From the NCBI GenBank assembly GCA_017533485.1, contig JAFXIC010000046.1, positions 216-64,215 of the forward strand: DNA of 64,000 bases, read 5' to 3'. The notes beneath the pieces were generated by a model, which did not search any database, was not told where the DNA came from, and was given only the letters and a program-made list of their open reading frames with translations. Positions 18,948 to 28,504 of the stretch are shown here, in pieces. The position numbers and the translations under genes were made by a program. The stretch comes from Oscillospiraceae bacterium. GTDB taxonomy: Bacteria > Bacillota > Clostridia > Oscillospirales > Ruminococcaceae. How positions within the stretch are numbered: the stretch's first letter is position 1; each line of letters starts with the position of its first letter.

Positions 18948-18985
18948 AACGCCGCTTTTGCTTTGGTTTTGCAGAAGCGGCGTTT
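18948..18985 (+). terminator. probable terminator after rlmH
   Basis: ACGCCGCTT (18948-18956) / AAGCGGCGT (18974-18982); weak U-tract. Confidence 0.55.
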
Positions 18986-19225
18986 GCTGTACAGCAGGGG
19001 AAAACAGGACGGATTGCCGGATATAAGATCCCACCCCCTCTCGGATTGCGCTTGTAGAAATTTTAAGCTCTATTTTGTGCAAATCGCTAGCGGCGGCTTG
19101 AAAATCAACAGAATGTGATATAATTTCAGTTCCGATCGCTTAAATTTGTATCATTTTGCTTTCGTAAAGTAAAATTTTACAATTTTCAGCGGAAAATTAT
19201 ACAGATAGTTTTTTTTTACCGGGTA

Positions 19226-19254
19226 TTTACAAAATCGAATCTATATGGTATAAT
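19226..19254 (+). promoter_or_regulatory. sigma-A promoter upstream of LacI-family regulator
   Basis: TTTACA (19226-19231), 17-nt spacer, TGG-TATAAT (19249-19254), inside a 400-bp AT-rich intergenic region. Confidence 0.6.
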
Positions 19255-19352
19255 GGTACAATACATATTAGGGTAAAATTAAGATTGGAGCTTCCGGTCT
19301 TATACTATTATAATAGGGTAAAATGTGTTTCGTCGAAAGGAGGCATATTCCT

Positions 19353-20408
19353 GTGAAAAACGGTGTTCGGATGTCCGATATCGCAAAAGAGCTGAACGTC
19401 AGCGTCGTAACCGTATCCAATGCGCTCAACGACCGCGGCGGCGTCAGCGAGGAAATGCGGCGGAAAATCAGAGAGCGTGCTTCACAACTCGGTTATCGAC
19501 CCTCTGCTCCGCGTGCGCCGCGGAAACCTGCCGGTGATGTCCTCACCGAAAGCGGCAGCATCGGAATTCTTACCAGCGAACGCTTCGCCGGTGTGCGCGG
19601 TACGTTCTACTGGTTTTTAACGGCAGGCGTTTCGAAAGAACTGACGCGCTGTAACCTCTATTCCGTTTATGAAAGTGTTTCGGTTGCGGACGAACACAGC
19701 GGTACGCTTCCGAGAATCGTAACGGAACGTCAGGTGCGCGGACTGATTATTGTCGGCCAGCTCGCCAGAACCTATCTCGATCGCCTGACTGAAATGCATA
19801 TTCCGGTTCTGTTCCTCGATTTTTATGATAAACACAGCGATATCGACGCGGTTGTGTCCGATAATTTCTACGACAGCTATCTCATGACGGAACGGCTCGT
19901 CGATAAGGGCCATCGTAAAATCGGCTTCATCGGTACGCCAACTGTGACAAGCAGTATTCATGACCGCTGTCTGGGCTATGTCAAGTGTATGATGGAAAAT
20001 GATTTCCCGATCGCAAAGGAATGGGTCATTGATGACCGGCTGCCCGACGGAACGGTGTTCCATTCGTTCGATTTTCCGTTTGACAATATGCCTACCGCAT
20101 TTGTTTGCAATTGTGACGAAACCGCGTTCCGTGTCATCAGTGAGCTCCAGAGACTCGGATACCGTGTGCCGGAGGATATCTCGGTTACCGGATATGATAA
20201 TTATACCGTATCCGATATGTGTACGCCCGCAATTACCACGGTTGAGGTCAATCTCACCGAAATGGCGCGTGCTGCCGTCTCGCTCCTCGTCCAGCGCCTC
20301 CAGAATCCCCAGAAACCTGCGCGCCGTCATGTCATCCCCGGACGCCTGATTGTCAAGGATTCTATGGCGGATGTGCCGCCCGGAAATGATGTGGATTCAG
20401 TCAAATGA
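19353..20408 (+). CDS. LacI-family transcriptional regulator
   Basis: GTG 19353 after AAGGAGG (ATG 19371 is an alternative). HTH MSDIAKELNVSVVTVSNALN; periplasmic-binding-protein-like sugar-binding core. Confidence 0.88.
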   Translation: MKNGVRMSDIAKELNVSVVTVSNALNDRGGVSEEMRRKIRERASQLGYRPSAPRAPRKPAGDVLTESGSIGILTSERFAGVRGTFYWFLTAGVSKELTRCNLYSVYESVSVADEHSGTLPRIVTERQVRGLIIVGQLARTYLDRLTEMHIPVLFLDFYDKHSDIDAVVSDNFYDSYLMTERLVDKGHRKIGFIGTPTVTSSIHDRCLGYVKCMMENDFPIAKEWVIDDRLPDGTVFHSFDFPFDNMPTAFVCNCDETAFRVISELQRLGYRVPEDISVTGYDNYTVSDMCTPAITTVEVNLTEMARAAVSLLVQRLQNPQKPARRHVIPGRLIVKDSMADVPPGNDVDSVK

Positions 20409-20457
20409 TTTTGGCGAAACAACTAAAAATTGAGTGGAAATTTTGGCTAAAAAACTG

Positions 20458-20486
20458 TTGCAATCGAAAAAAATCTATGTTATAAT
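20458..20486 (+). promoter_or_regulatory. sigma-A promoter of pilC-led pilus operon
   Basis: TTGCAA (20458-20463), 17-nt spacer, TATAAT (20481-20486); about 150-nt leader. Confidence 0.7.
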
Positions 20487-20646
20487 ATGTATGGTTCGTA
20501 GTGTGGCTATTGCTATGCCCATTTGACAATGATGCCGGCAAAGCAATTGCTTCGGCGAAAGCCCTTACACACGGAATAGACCGGTGTCCGTGTTCGCTCA
20601 AAGAGATACCGGAAAACACAAATCATGGCTTGTAGGAGGTGGTTTT

Positions 20647-21837
20647 ATGCCAAGTTATGCTTATACTGCGAAAGATGCTGTCGGTAATGTGCGACAGGGT
20701 AATATGTATGCGGAAAATGAGCAGGAATTCAGGGCAAAAATCAGAGAAAAGGGACTGTATGTCAGCGACTTTAAAGAACGGCGTACCGATGTTAAAACCG
20801 TTAAAAAGTTCAAGACGAAGGATTTGGCATTCTGTACGAGACAGCTCGCAGCAATGCTGACTTCCGGTCTGACCCTTGTAAAGGCGTTGGACATTCTTTG
20901 TAAAGAGCAGGAGAGCGAAGCTGCTCGTAACGTATGGAGAGATGTTTACGAAAACGTCCAAAAGGGTGAGTCCTTCTCCGATGCGCTGGAAGTACACGGC
21001 GGTGTATTCCCCACACTGTTCTCTGCAATGGTCGGTGCCGGTGAGGCCTCCGGTTCTCTGGACGTCATCATGCAGCGACTCAGCGACTATTACGCAAATC
21101 AGAACAAGATTTCAAATACCATCAAGAGTGCGATGATCTACCCGATCATCCTCGTTATCCTGACTGTTGCCGTCGTTATCGGCGTATTCGTATTCATCAT
21201 GCCGACATTTACCGACCTGTATGAAGACGAAAACCAGATGCCGATGCTGACAAAGGCTATGGTTGGTATCGGTAACTTCCTCGTATCTTACTGGTATATC
21301 GTGATCAGCTTGACGGCGGCCCTCATCTTCGCCTTCATTTACGGCATGAAAGTTCCCAGCTTCCGATTGAAATGGGACCGCTTCATCATCAAGGGACCCG
21401 GCTTCGGAAAGCTCGTCGTCAAAATCTATACCGCACGTTTTGCGCAGACAATGGCATCTCTCTATTCGTCAGGTCTGCCGATGGTTGAATGCTTGAAGCG
21501 TTCTTCCGATACGCTGAACAATTCTTATATTTCTTTGAAATTCCGTGACATCATTGATGAGGTCAAGAGCGGTGAAACGCTGAGTTCTTCGGTTCAGAGA
21601 GCCGATATCTTTGACTCGATGTTCTGCTCGATCATCTTCGTCGGTGAAGAAGCCGGTGCACTGGACGACATCCTCGCGAAAACTGCTGCTTACTACGATG
21701 AAGAAGCAGACTCCGCTGTAAAACGTCTGTGCGCAATGCTCGAACCGGTCATGCTCATCGTACTGGGCGTTGTCATCGGTCTCGTCTGCGGCGCGTTCTT
21801 CCCGGCAATGTACGGCGCATTCGAAAACGTCGGCTAA
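20647..21837 (+). CDS. pilC: type IV pilus platform protein PilC (T2SS F family)
   Basis: ATG 20647 after GTAGGAGGTGG. MPSYAYTAKDAVGNVRQG... N-terminus; two GspF-type repeats; three TM segments; 396 aa. Confidence 0.88.
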   Translation: MPSYAYTAKDAVGNVRQGNMYAENEQEFRAKIREKGLYVSDFKERRTDVKTVKKFKTKDLAFCTRQLAAMLTSGLTLVKALDILCKEQESEAARNVWRDVYENVQKGESFSDALEVHGGVFPTLFSAMVGAGEASGSLDVIMQRLSDYYANQNKISNTIKSAMIYPIILVILTVAVVIGVFVFIMPTFTDLYEDENQMPMLTKAMVGIGNFLVSYWYIVISLTAALIFAFIYGMKVPSFRLKWDRFIIKGPGFGKLVVKIYTARFAQTMASLYSSGLPMVECLKRSSDTLNNSYISLKFRDIIDEVKSGETLSSSVQRADIFDSMFCSIIFVGEEAGALDDILAKTAAYYDEEADSAVKRLCAMLEPVMLIVLGVVIGLVCGAFFPAMYGAFENVG

Positions 21838-21949
21838 TTCCCAAAATCAGCAATCCCCCAAAAGGAATCAAAAGCTTTCTCTGCGGCAGATATTACCGCC
21901 GCAGAGAGGCTCTGACTATTGAATTAATTTAGAGAGGTGGAACTCGTAA

Positions 21950-23632
21950 ATGCTTTCATTTGATATTACCGACCGAAATATACGAATCATTAAGGGTACC
22001 GAGAGCAACGGTAAAATCCGTATCAACTCTGCTGCAACCCTCAATCTGGATCCCGAAATCATCGAGAACGGCCACGTTTGTGACGTCCCCAGACTCGCTA
22101 CCCAGATCAACCAGATCCTTCGTACCAATAAGATGGCTGACAAAGAAGCAATCGTCAGCATCTCCTCCAACATGACCATTTTTAAGGAACTCCATATCCA
22201 GAAGGCGACCAAAGAACAGGACTGCATGAAGATGGTCCGCGCTGAAATGGCTGCCGCACTCGGTATTGATGATTCCTACTCCGTTTCCTATATCATCGTC
22301 GGTGACTCCGATCAGCTCGAGGGCGGAGATAAGATCCTCGCAACTGCTTGTCCGTACGAGGTTGTTGAATCCTATAAGCGCGTGTTCGCAATGCTCCAGA
22401 TTTCTCTGAGAAGCGTTATGATCGGCTGCAACTGTATTACAAAGGTTCTGCTCGCAGATACCAAGGTAAGATCCAAGATGCCGCTGCTCGCTGTCCAGAT
22501 CGACAACAACTTCATCTCCCTCAACCTTTATGAAAAGGGTCAGCTCTCGTTCTCCCGTTTCGCTTCGATCTCCGCAGAAGACTATGCCGGTTCTTCCGAC
22601 TATGTATTCGAAGCTGTCAACGAGAACATCTTCCGTATGCTCCAGTTCCAGAAGTCCAAGTCTGATGGCGAAAATATTGAGAATGTTATCTTCTACGGCG
22701 ATACCCACGAATATGTCCGCTTGACCAACGAGCTGGATAAGATGGGCATCCGTACCAGCATCATCAATGTCCCGCCGCAGATCCACGGCTACGAGAACCT
22801 CGAATTCTCCTCTTACGCAAATGCCATCGGCGCAATGTTCAAGCGTAATAAGGATACCGAGCGCATCAACCTTCTCGAAACCGATACCTTTAATAACAAC
22901 AAGATTAAGTCTGACTCCAGCTACTACATCATTCTCCTCATTTCTGTACTCGCTGCTGCTGCAGCTTGTTTCGCAGGCTGGCTGTTCTTCTTCGTCCGTA
23001 ATCAGGTTGTCACTGGTAAGATTAAGGAAATCAATGACAAGCAGAATTCGGCGCTCTGTAAGGATCTCGAATTGCAGATGGAAGATCTCAAACAGCTCCG
23101 TACAGCCGTTAATACATACTATAATGGTGTAACATCCGCAAACGAGGCTTATAAGAGCCGCGCATATGTGCTTTCTGAGGACTATGAGCTCATCCTGGAT
23201 ACCGTCCGTGCAACTGCAATGGAAGTATATAAGGAACAGGGTATCACTGAGGAAACAGCAGAAGATTTCTATCGTTTCGATAAGTTTGATTTTGTAACCG
23301 GTACTTTCAACATTGACCTGATTGCAGATGCACAGAACCTGCCGCTCGAAGTTTTCCCGACCACATTGTACGAGAACCTCAATGCACTCGACAGCGTTTA
23401 TCATGTTGCTTACAAAGGCTATGAGTACGACACCAAGAAAGAGGATTCGAATAAGCAGCAGACACAGCAGCCGCAGCTGGATGAAGAGGGCAATCCGATT
23501 CCGCAGGACAACGCAGGCAATAAGAATACCGATGAAATGAAAACTATTAAAATGAGCATGAGCATTATTATGAAGGGCGACGGCGTCAGCCTCGATGACC
23601 CTAGCGTTGGTACTGAGGAGGTAGCAAAATGA
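21950..23632 (+). CDS. pilM: PilM (actin-like ATPase fold) fused to a PilN-like TM/coiled-coil domain
   Basis: N-terminus MLSFDITDRNIRIIKG... is typical of PilM. Single TM YYIILLISVLAAAAACFAGWLFFFV at about aa 325, followed by a ~210-aa extracytoplasmic coiled-coil region. Confidence 0.7.
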   Translation: MLSFDITDRNIRIIKGTESNGKIRINSAATLNLDPEIIENGHVCDVPRLATQINQILRTNKMADKEAIVSISSNMTIFKELHIQKATKEQDCMKMVRAEMAAALGIDDSYSVSYIIVGDSDQLEGGDKILATACPYEVVESYKRVFAMLQISLRSVMIGCNCITKVLLADTKVRSKMPLLAVQIDNNFISLNLYEKGQLSFSRFASISAEDYAGSSDYVFEAVNENIFRMLQFQKSKSDGENIENVIFYGDTHEYVRLTNELDKMGIRTSIINVPPQIHGYENLEFSSYANAIGAMFKRNKDTERINLLETDTFNNNKIKSDSSYYIILLISVLAAAAACFAGWLFFFVRNQVVTGKIKEINDKQNSALCKDLELQMEDLKQLRTAVNTYYNGVTSANEAYKSRAYVLSEDYELILDTVRATAMEVYKEQGITEETAEDFYRFDKFDFVTGTFNIDLIADAQNLPLEVFPTTLYENLNALDSVYHVAYKGYEYDTKKEDSNKQQTQQPQLDEEGNPIPQDNAGNKNTDEMKTIKMSMSIIMKGDGVSLDDPSVGTEEVAK

Positions 23633-24540
23633 AATTAGGATATCGTGAACGTGTTGCATTACTCGTTGTAATTGTACTTGCCATTCTGGCACTCGGCATC
23701 TTTGCTTTTATGAGACCGCAGTGGAAGAAGCTGGCAGAAAACCAGAAAAAACTGGAACAGGGAGAATCTGACTGGACCGCAAAGCTCGGAAGTTTCCAGA
23801 CAATTAACCCCATGAGAGAGAACATTACTAAGCGCCGCGATGAGGCATATAATGTTTCTCAGAACTTTACCGATGAGATGACTTCTCTGGAGCTCGACCG
23901 CTTTATGCAGGATACATTCCTCAATATCGATAAGTTCAAGGAAGATAAGGTCGAAGGTGATAAGGAAGTCATGATCTCCGACGAGACGACCACTACACTC
24001 GGCTACTACTACTATACGCCTTCTATTGCAACCTATCCGCTTTATACAACCGCTGACTTTGACGGCACACTCCAGAAAGCAGCTGCTGAAAAGCTGAAGG
24101 AAGCTACCGCCCTCAGCAGCCGTTCCGCTGAAACCGTTGGCTGCGGTAATGTTGCAGTAACACTCAAAATTACCCGCGAAGATACTTATGCATTCATCGA
24201 CGCTGTTCGTGAATATGCAAAGAAGAATAACGACGCAATGCTGATTCAGTCGGTCGAAATCGAAGAACCGGACTTCAATGGTGAAGTTGAAAAAGAAGGC
24301 ACTGCAGCACCTTCTGTGGACGCAGAAGGCAATCCGATTCCGCAGGACAATAAGAAGGAAGACAGCAAAGTTACCCCCGGTTATACAAATGTTACATTCA
24401 AATATCAGGTATTCTATATGCAGGAACCGATGGAAGTAAAGGAAAAGATTGGCCCCGCTTATGACGAAACCATCTGGGAAGGCAAAGAGTGGAAAAGCTA
24501 TACTTCTTCCAGAACTCCTGCTGAAACCGCTGCACAGTAA
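23629..24540 (+). CDS. PilO-like pilus assembly protein
   Basis: ATGA overlap with the preceding gene. N-terminal TM VALLVVIVLAILALGIFAF followed by coiled coil KKLAENQKKLEQ; position after pilM/N. Confidence 0.55.
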   Translation: MKLGYRERVALLVVIVLAILALGIFAFMRPQWKKLAENQKKLEQGESDWTAKLGSFQTINPMRENITKRRDEAYNVSQNFTDEMTSLELDRFMQDTFLNIDKFKEDKVEGDKEVMISDETTTTLGYYYYTPSIATYPLYTTADFDGTLQKAAAEKLKEATALSSRSAETVGCGNVAVTLKITREDTYAFIDAVREYAKKNNDAMLIQSVEIEEPDFNGEVEKEGTAAPSVDAEGNPIPQDNKKEDSKVTPGYTNVTFKYQVFYMQEPMEVKEKIGPAYDETIWEGKEWKSYTSSRTPAETAAQ

Positions 24541-24618
24541 TCCCTGAACGCAAACGAGAGGATTTGGCAAACCCTTTCTGGGAAAAGGGTTTGCCACTAT
24601 GGGAAAGGTGGATGCCAT

Positions 24619-27576
24619 ATGAAGAAACGAAATGGGAAAGGAAAGGTTAAGGGCAGCGTCCTCTTTACTGTCGTTACTGTTATGATGGTAATGGTCGTAT
24701 TCCTGATGTCTACCCTGATTCTCACAGCATCTTCACAAAAACGTACTTATTATACGTATTATCAGAAACAGGCACAGTTTGCCTGCCAGTCTGCGCTCGA
24801 TGTCATTACCCAGCAGCTCTATGGATATGCTGCGGCGGATTCCGGCGCACTGGATGAACTCGCAAACCACGGCACGTTCTATGATTGGGTAAAGAACGAA
24901 GTTACCGAAGCAAATGGCCCAAAAGAAATTTTTATCGAATATAATTACGCGAATAATGTGTCGGGTAATGCACATGTTATGGGTCTTACACCTACAAATA
25001 CATCTACAGGTGCGAAGACGATGGTGAGCTGCGTCATTGAGAAGCTCCCCGATAAGCATATCGTCTGGGATCCGGTCAATAACGCCGTTCTCGCACAGGA
25101 TCAGTGGAAGATTACTGCGTCTGCTTCTGTCGGTTCAGGCAGAAATGCTGCGCAATATTCTATCTGCAACTATATTTACGATGAAATTCCGTCCGAACAT
25201 ACGGACGGTATTACCCCCCCGCAGAATATTGCGGACTGGGATCTGATGAATGAGTTAACACTGCTTCCGGGCGTACCGGTTCTAGTTCCGGGCAATCCGA
25301 TTGAAGAAGGAAGAACCGGATCTATCTCCAACGCAGTCTATACCATGAGCCCGGTGGTCGGTGCAACCGCGAACAATATGCTTTGTCTCGGACCGCAGAT
25401 TACGGGTATTACCACGTTCCCTGCCGGCAGAGGCAGATATGACGCTTACGACGCGATCCAGAATCGAAATGATATGGTTTCCGTTGGTCAGGCGACAATT
25501 GTTGGTAATGTGAACCAGAAAACACATTGGGAATATACATTCCAGACTGCGGGTGAGGGTGCTGTCATCTATGGTAACTATACCGGCGAGAACCCCTCTG
25601 TATTCCGTTCTACCATAAATCCGGAACCGGCCAATTATAAGGACCTTGCATATTTTTATGTAGACGGTGTGTTAACTCCGGCTCACTTTAATCTGGATGG
25701 CGACCAGCCGGTCAATCTCTATTGCGGCGCAATTCAGAAGTCCCCAAATCAAATTCAGTTTAAAGAGGGAGCAAATCCGTTCTCGGATATCTATCTCTAC
25801 GATCCCGCAGAGGACTCTGAGATTCAGCTGACAAATGGTGTTACGAATCTGTATAGCTTCGCTTACAACAACATCAAGAAGCAGGATGTTTCCACAAAAG
25901 ACAAAATCGGCGGCGATGTGATTTCCAATAACAAGTCGCTGACAATTCGCGGCAATGGTGTCATTGACGGTGATGTTGTTATGGCGAATCCGCTTGGCAC
26001 GCTGACGATTGAAAACACAATTACCATCAATGGTGCTGTCATTTGTAACGGTACTTATAATGTTCCGGCAGGAAGCGCGGTCACAGTTGCAAATGGTGTT
26101 GCAGCCAGAAATGGCGACCTGAGCGCAACCGTTACAGCAGCCAAATCCATCGGTATCTCTGAACCGAAGACAGCGGAAGAAATCCTGAACGGCTATACCT
26201 GTCCCGGTTATGACAATGAAGTCAACAACAATAACTACAAGGGCGCGCTTCAGGGCGACCTTGGCGCAAGTGCAGACGACTATAATTACGGATTGTTCCC
26301 GTATGGCAGCCGTCTCGATGAGATCTTTGAATGCTATATCCGCTGGGATCTTGCAGAAACAACAGAAGCCGCAGCGCAAGCGCATATCAATTCGGACTCG
26401 CTGATTCTTGAAAGCCGCTCCGCAGGTCATACATGGGGTGTCAAGCAGAAGGTTTCTGATGCCGGCGCAGTTTATGTTCCGTATACGACTCCGAGAAATA
26501 AAGACGCGAACGCATTTATTAAAGAGCTTGTAACGCAAAGATCGAGTGAATGTATTCCGAACTGTATCACCAGTCTTGCTGCACTGAATGCAAAATATGG
26601 CCCGACACCGGATATTGCTACTCTGCAGCAAGTACCTTCTGTTAAGATTGTAAGCCATATGGCAGACGGTGACCCGAACGATCATACAGTTGATCTGAAT
26701 AACGCTTATGTAATCAGACAAAGTGGAACGCTGGATCTTTCCAGAGCTGAATTCCAAAACAGAAACAATGAAACGGTAACAGTCTTTGTGGATCCCTTCC
26801 AGATGGAACACAGACCGCTCGTTCTGGTTTTGAAGGGTACCGTGCAGAACAGTATTGTTGATATTGTTGTCAACAACACCGCACTTTATACCGGAAACGG
26901 TCCCGAAATCTATCAGAATCCGGATGCGTTCTATGACAATGACAACAGCTACTATGCCGGAAGATCGGATGTCATTATCTTCCTCGACAATGGTGCCCCC
27001 AATGCCGAACAGCGCGACATCACAAATAAACCGTTTAACATCACAACGACCGGCGCTTATCGCCAGATGAAAGCAAAAGAGTATAACGTCGTCAGCAACC
27101 CGTACTATCCCGGCCAGTCCGGATATACAAATCTTCCTGACCACGAGAAGTTCCGCTTTGAGATGGTTCCGAATATTGTTGTCTACGGTAACGCAGGTGT
27201 TACTTACTGGGCACAAAACGGTATTGGCATGAGTGCTGAAGTCCTGATGCCGCAGTCGAACTTCCATTCTCCTTCCGGTGAGGCTTCGTCGAAGGCAGCT
27301 TGTACTTATCGTGAATTCCACGATTCTACACCTTATAATTATACAAAGGGCGTTGCAAACTGTAACGGCGTCGGTACGCTCTGTCTCAATCAGTTTAGAG
27401 GCGAAAATATCCCGATGTCCATCTACGTCGGCGACCTCTATCGTGTATCCGTTCCGTATACGGAAGAAGTCCAGGATACGTACGAATTTGACTTTGGTTC
27501 GGCTGAACAGCAGGTTCAGGATCAGATCGGTAACTCGATCGGTAACTTTGGTAATGATCACCAGGGTGCAAACTAA
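24619..27576 (+). CDS. 985-aa GspK/PilX-like minor-pilin-type protein (putative pilus tip adhesin)
   Basis: N-terminus MKKRNGKGKVKG|SVLFTVVTVMMVMVVFLMSTLILTASS is a prepilin-like hydrophobic helix without Glu5. Large Asn/Gly/Thr-rich body with beta-helix-like repeats (LTIRGNGVIDGDVVMANPLGTLTIENTITINGAVICNG). Confidence 0.55.
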   Translation: MKKRNGKGKVKGSVLFTVVTVMMVMVVFLMSTLILTASSQKRTYYTYYQKQAQFACQSALDVITQQLYGYAAADSGALDELANHGTFYDWVKNEVTEANGPKEIFIEYNYANNVSGNAHVMGLTPTNTSTGAKTMVSCVIEKLPDKHIVWDPVNNAVLAQDQWKITASASVGSGRNAAQYSICNYIYDEIPSEHTDGITPPQNIADWDLMNELTLLPGVPVLVPGNPIEEGRTGSISNAVYTMSPVVGATANNMLCLGPQITGITTFPAGRGRYDAYDAIQNRNDMVSVGQATIVGNVNQKTHWEYTFQTAGEGAVIYGNYTGENPSVFRSTINPEPANYKDLAYFYVDGVLTPAHFNLDGDQPVNLYCGAIQKSPNQIQFKEGANPFSDIYLYDPAEDSEIQLTNGVTNLYSFAYNNIKKQDVSTKDKIGGDVISNNKSLTIRGNGVIDGDVVMANPLGTLTIENTITINGAVICNGTYNVPAGSAVTVANGVAARNGDLSATVTAAKSIGISEPKTAEEILNGYTCPGYDNEVNNNNYKGALQGDLGASADDYNYGLFPYGSRLDEIFECYIRWDLAETTEAAAQAHINSDSLILESRSAGHTWGVKQKVSDAGAVYVPYTTPRNKDANAFIKELVTQRSSECIPNCITSLAALNAKYGPTPDIATLQQVPSVKIVSHMADGDPNDHTVDLNNAYVIRQSGTLDLSRAEFQNRNNETVTVFVDPFQMEHRPLVLVLKGTVQNSIVDIVVNNTALYTGNGPEIYQNPDAFYDNDNSYYAGRSDVIIFLDNGAPNAEQRDITNKPFNITTTGAYRQMKAKEYNVVSNPYYPGQSGYTNLPDHEKFRFEMVPNIVVYGNAGVTYWAQNGIGMSAEVLMPQSNFHSPSGEASSKAACTYREFHDSTPYNYTKGVANCNGVGTLCLNQFRGENIPMSIYVGDLYRVSVPYTEEVQDTYEFDFGSAEQQVQDQIGNSIGNFGNDHQGAN

Positions 27577-27590
27577 TCGGAGGTGATTTT

Positions 27591-28484
27591 ATGAAACGCA
27601 AGAAACTAAAAGGTCTATCGTTAATGGAAATCATTATTTCGATTGCCGTTTATGCCATTATCGCACTTCTTATGGCTGAGATTATGGGCTGTATTAATGC
27701 GACAATGACGAGCACTTCCCGATTGAATGAGCGTCTCGATTCCGAAGCGCTTCTGGTTGACAATAAGGATACCAATCCCGGAAGTACACCGTATCGAAAT
27801 CCGAATCGCGTTAATGTCATTGCACATATCGAGAACAACAGTTCTGCCGGTCTTGCACTCGATCAGGGTACGGAGCTGATTCCTGCAACCAGTTCAGAGC
27901 CCGGAAGAATTGAGTTCGGAGATAACCAGAATTCAACGCATTTTCGTTTTATGTCCTTTACCAACCGAAATCTGAATATTACGCTTGATCCCAATGCTAG
28001 ATTTACTTTTAAAATTAAACTAACGCAAAATCTCGATGATGCAAGCTTTGCGGCACTTCCCGGTAATGCGGCAAGAAAAGTTATCGGTATTGATAAGGTA
28101 GTCGTTAGTTCGACTGCTGGTATGATTGATGATGCCGATAACATCGTGAACACACCCAGAGAATTTACCGGTGCCGAGCTTATCAATAGAAATGCCGGTG
28201 ATGACTTCATTACGCTTCAGTTGCCATACGATCAGTTAAACGATCGTGTTGTAGTCACAGTCGATATCTATCCGATCTTCGAGAGCGGCGTTGTTTTCAA
28301 TGATCCTGCCGCGGATACAAGATATATCCGGAATGCAAGACTCGATTTCGTACAGTTCATGGAAACCGGCGGTTCTGAGAATCAAACCTATCGTTACTTT
28401 GATGCGATTTATGAGTTTGACGGTCAGGGATTCACTCCGTGTACTTCTTCCCAGCGTCCGGTTCTTGTACCGGACGGAACTTGA
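27591..28484 (+). CDS. minor pilin / pseudopilin
   Basis: Class III signal KKLKG|LSLMEIIISIAVYAIIALL with Glu at +5; RBS GGAGGTG. Confidence 0.7.
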   Translation: MKRKKLKGLSLMEIIISIAVYAIIALLMAEIMGCINATMTSTSRLNERLDSEALLVDNKDTNPGSTPYRNPNRVNVIAHIENNSSAGLALDQGTELIPATSSEPGRIEFGDNQNSTHFRFMSFTNRNLNITLDPNARFTFKIKLTQNLDDASFAALPGNAARKVIGIDKVVVSSTAGMIDDADNIVNTPREFTGAELINRNAGDDFITLQLPYDQLNDRVVVTVDIYPIFESGVVFNDPAADTRYIRNARLDFVQFMETGGSENQTYRYFDAIYEFDGQGFTPCTSSQRPVLVPDGT

Positions 28485-28504
28485 CACGAAAGGAGCATGA
28501 ATAG

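Noticed and set aside
21956-23692. 578-aa ORF antisense to the pilM-N fusion
   Set aside because: Same codon-bias artefact. The plus-strand product has the PilM N-terminus, a TM helix, an RBS and translational coupling to the next gene.
25672-27561. 629-aa ORF antisense to the 985-aa pilus protein
   Set aside because: No start context, and the composition is Cys/Ile/Arg-rich and non-protein-like. The sense ORF has an RBS and a prepilin-like N-terminus.
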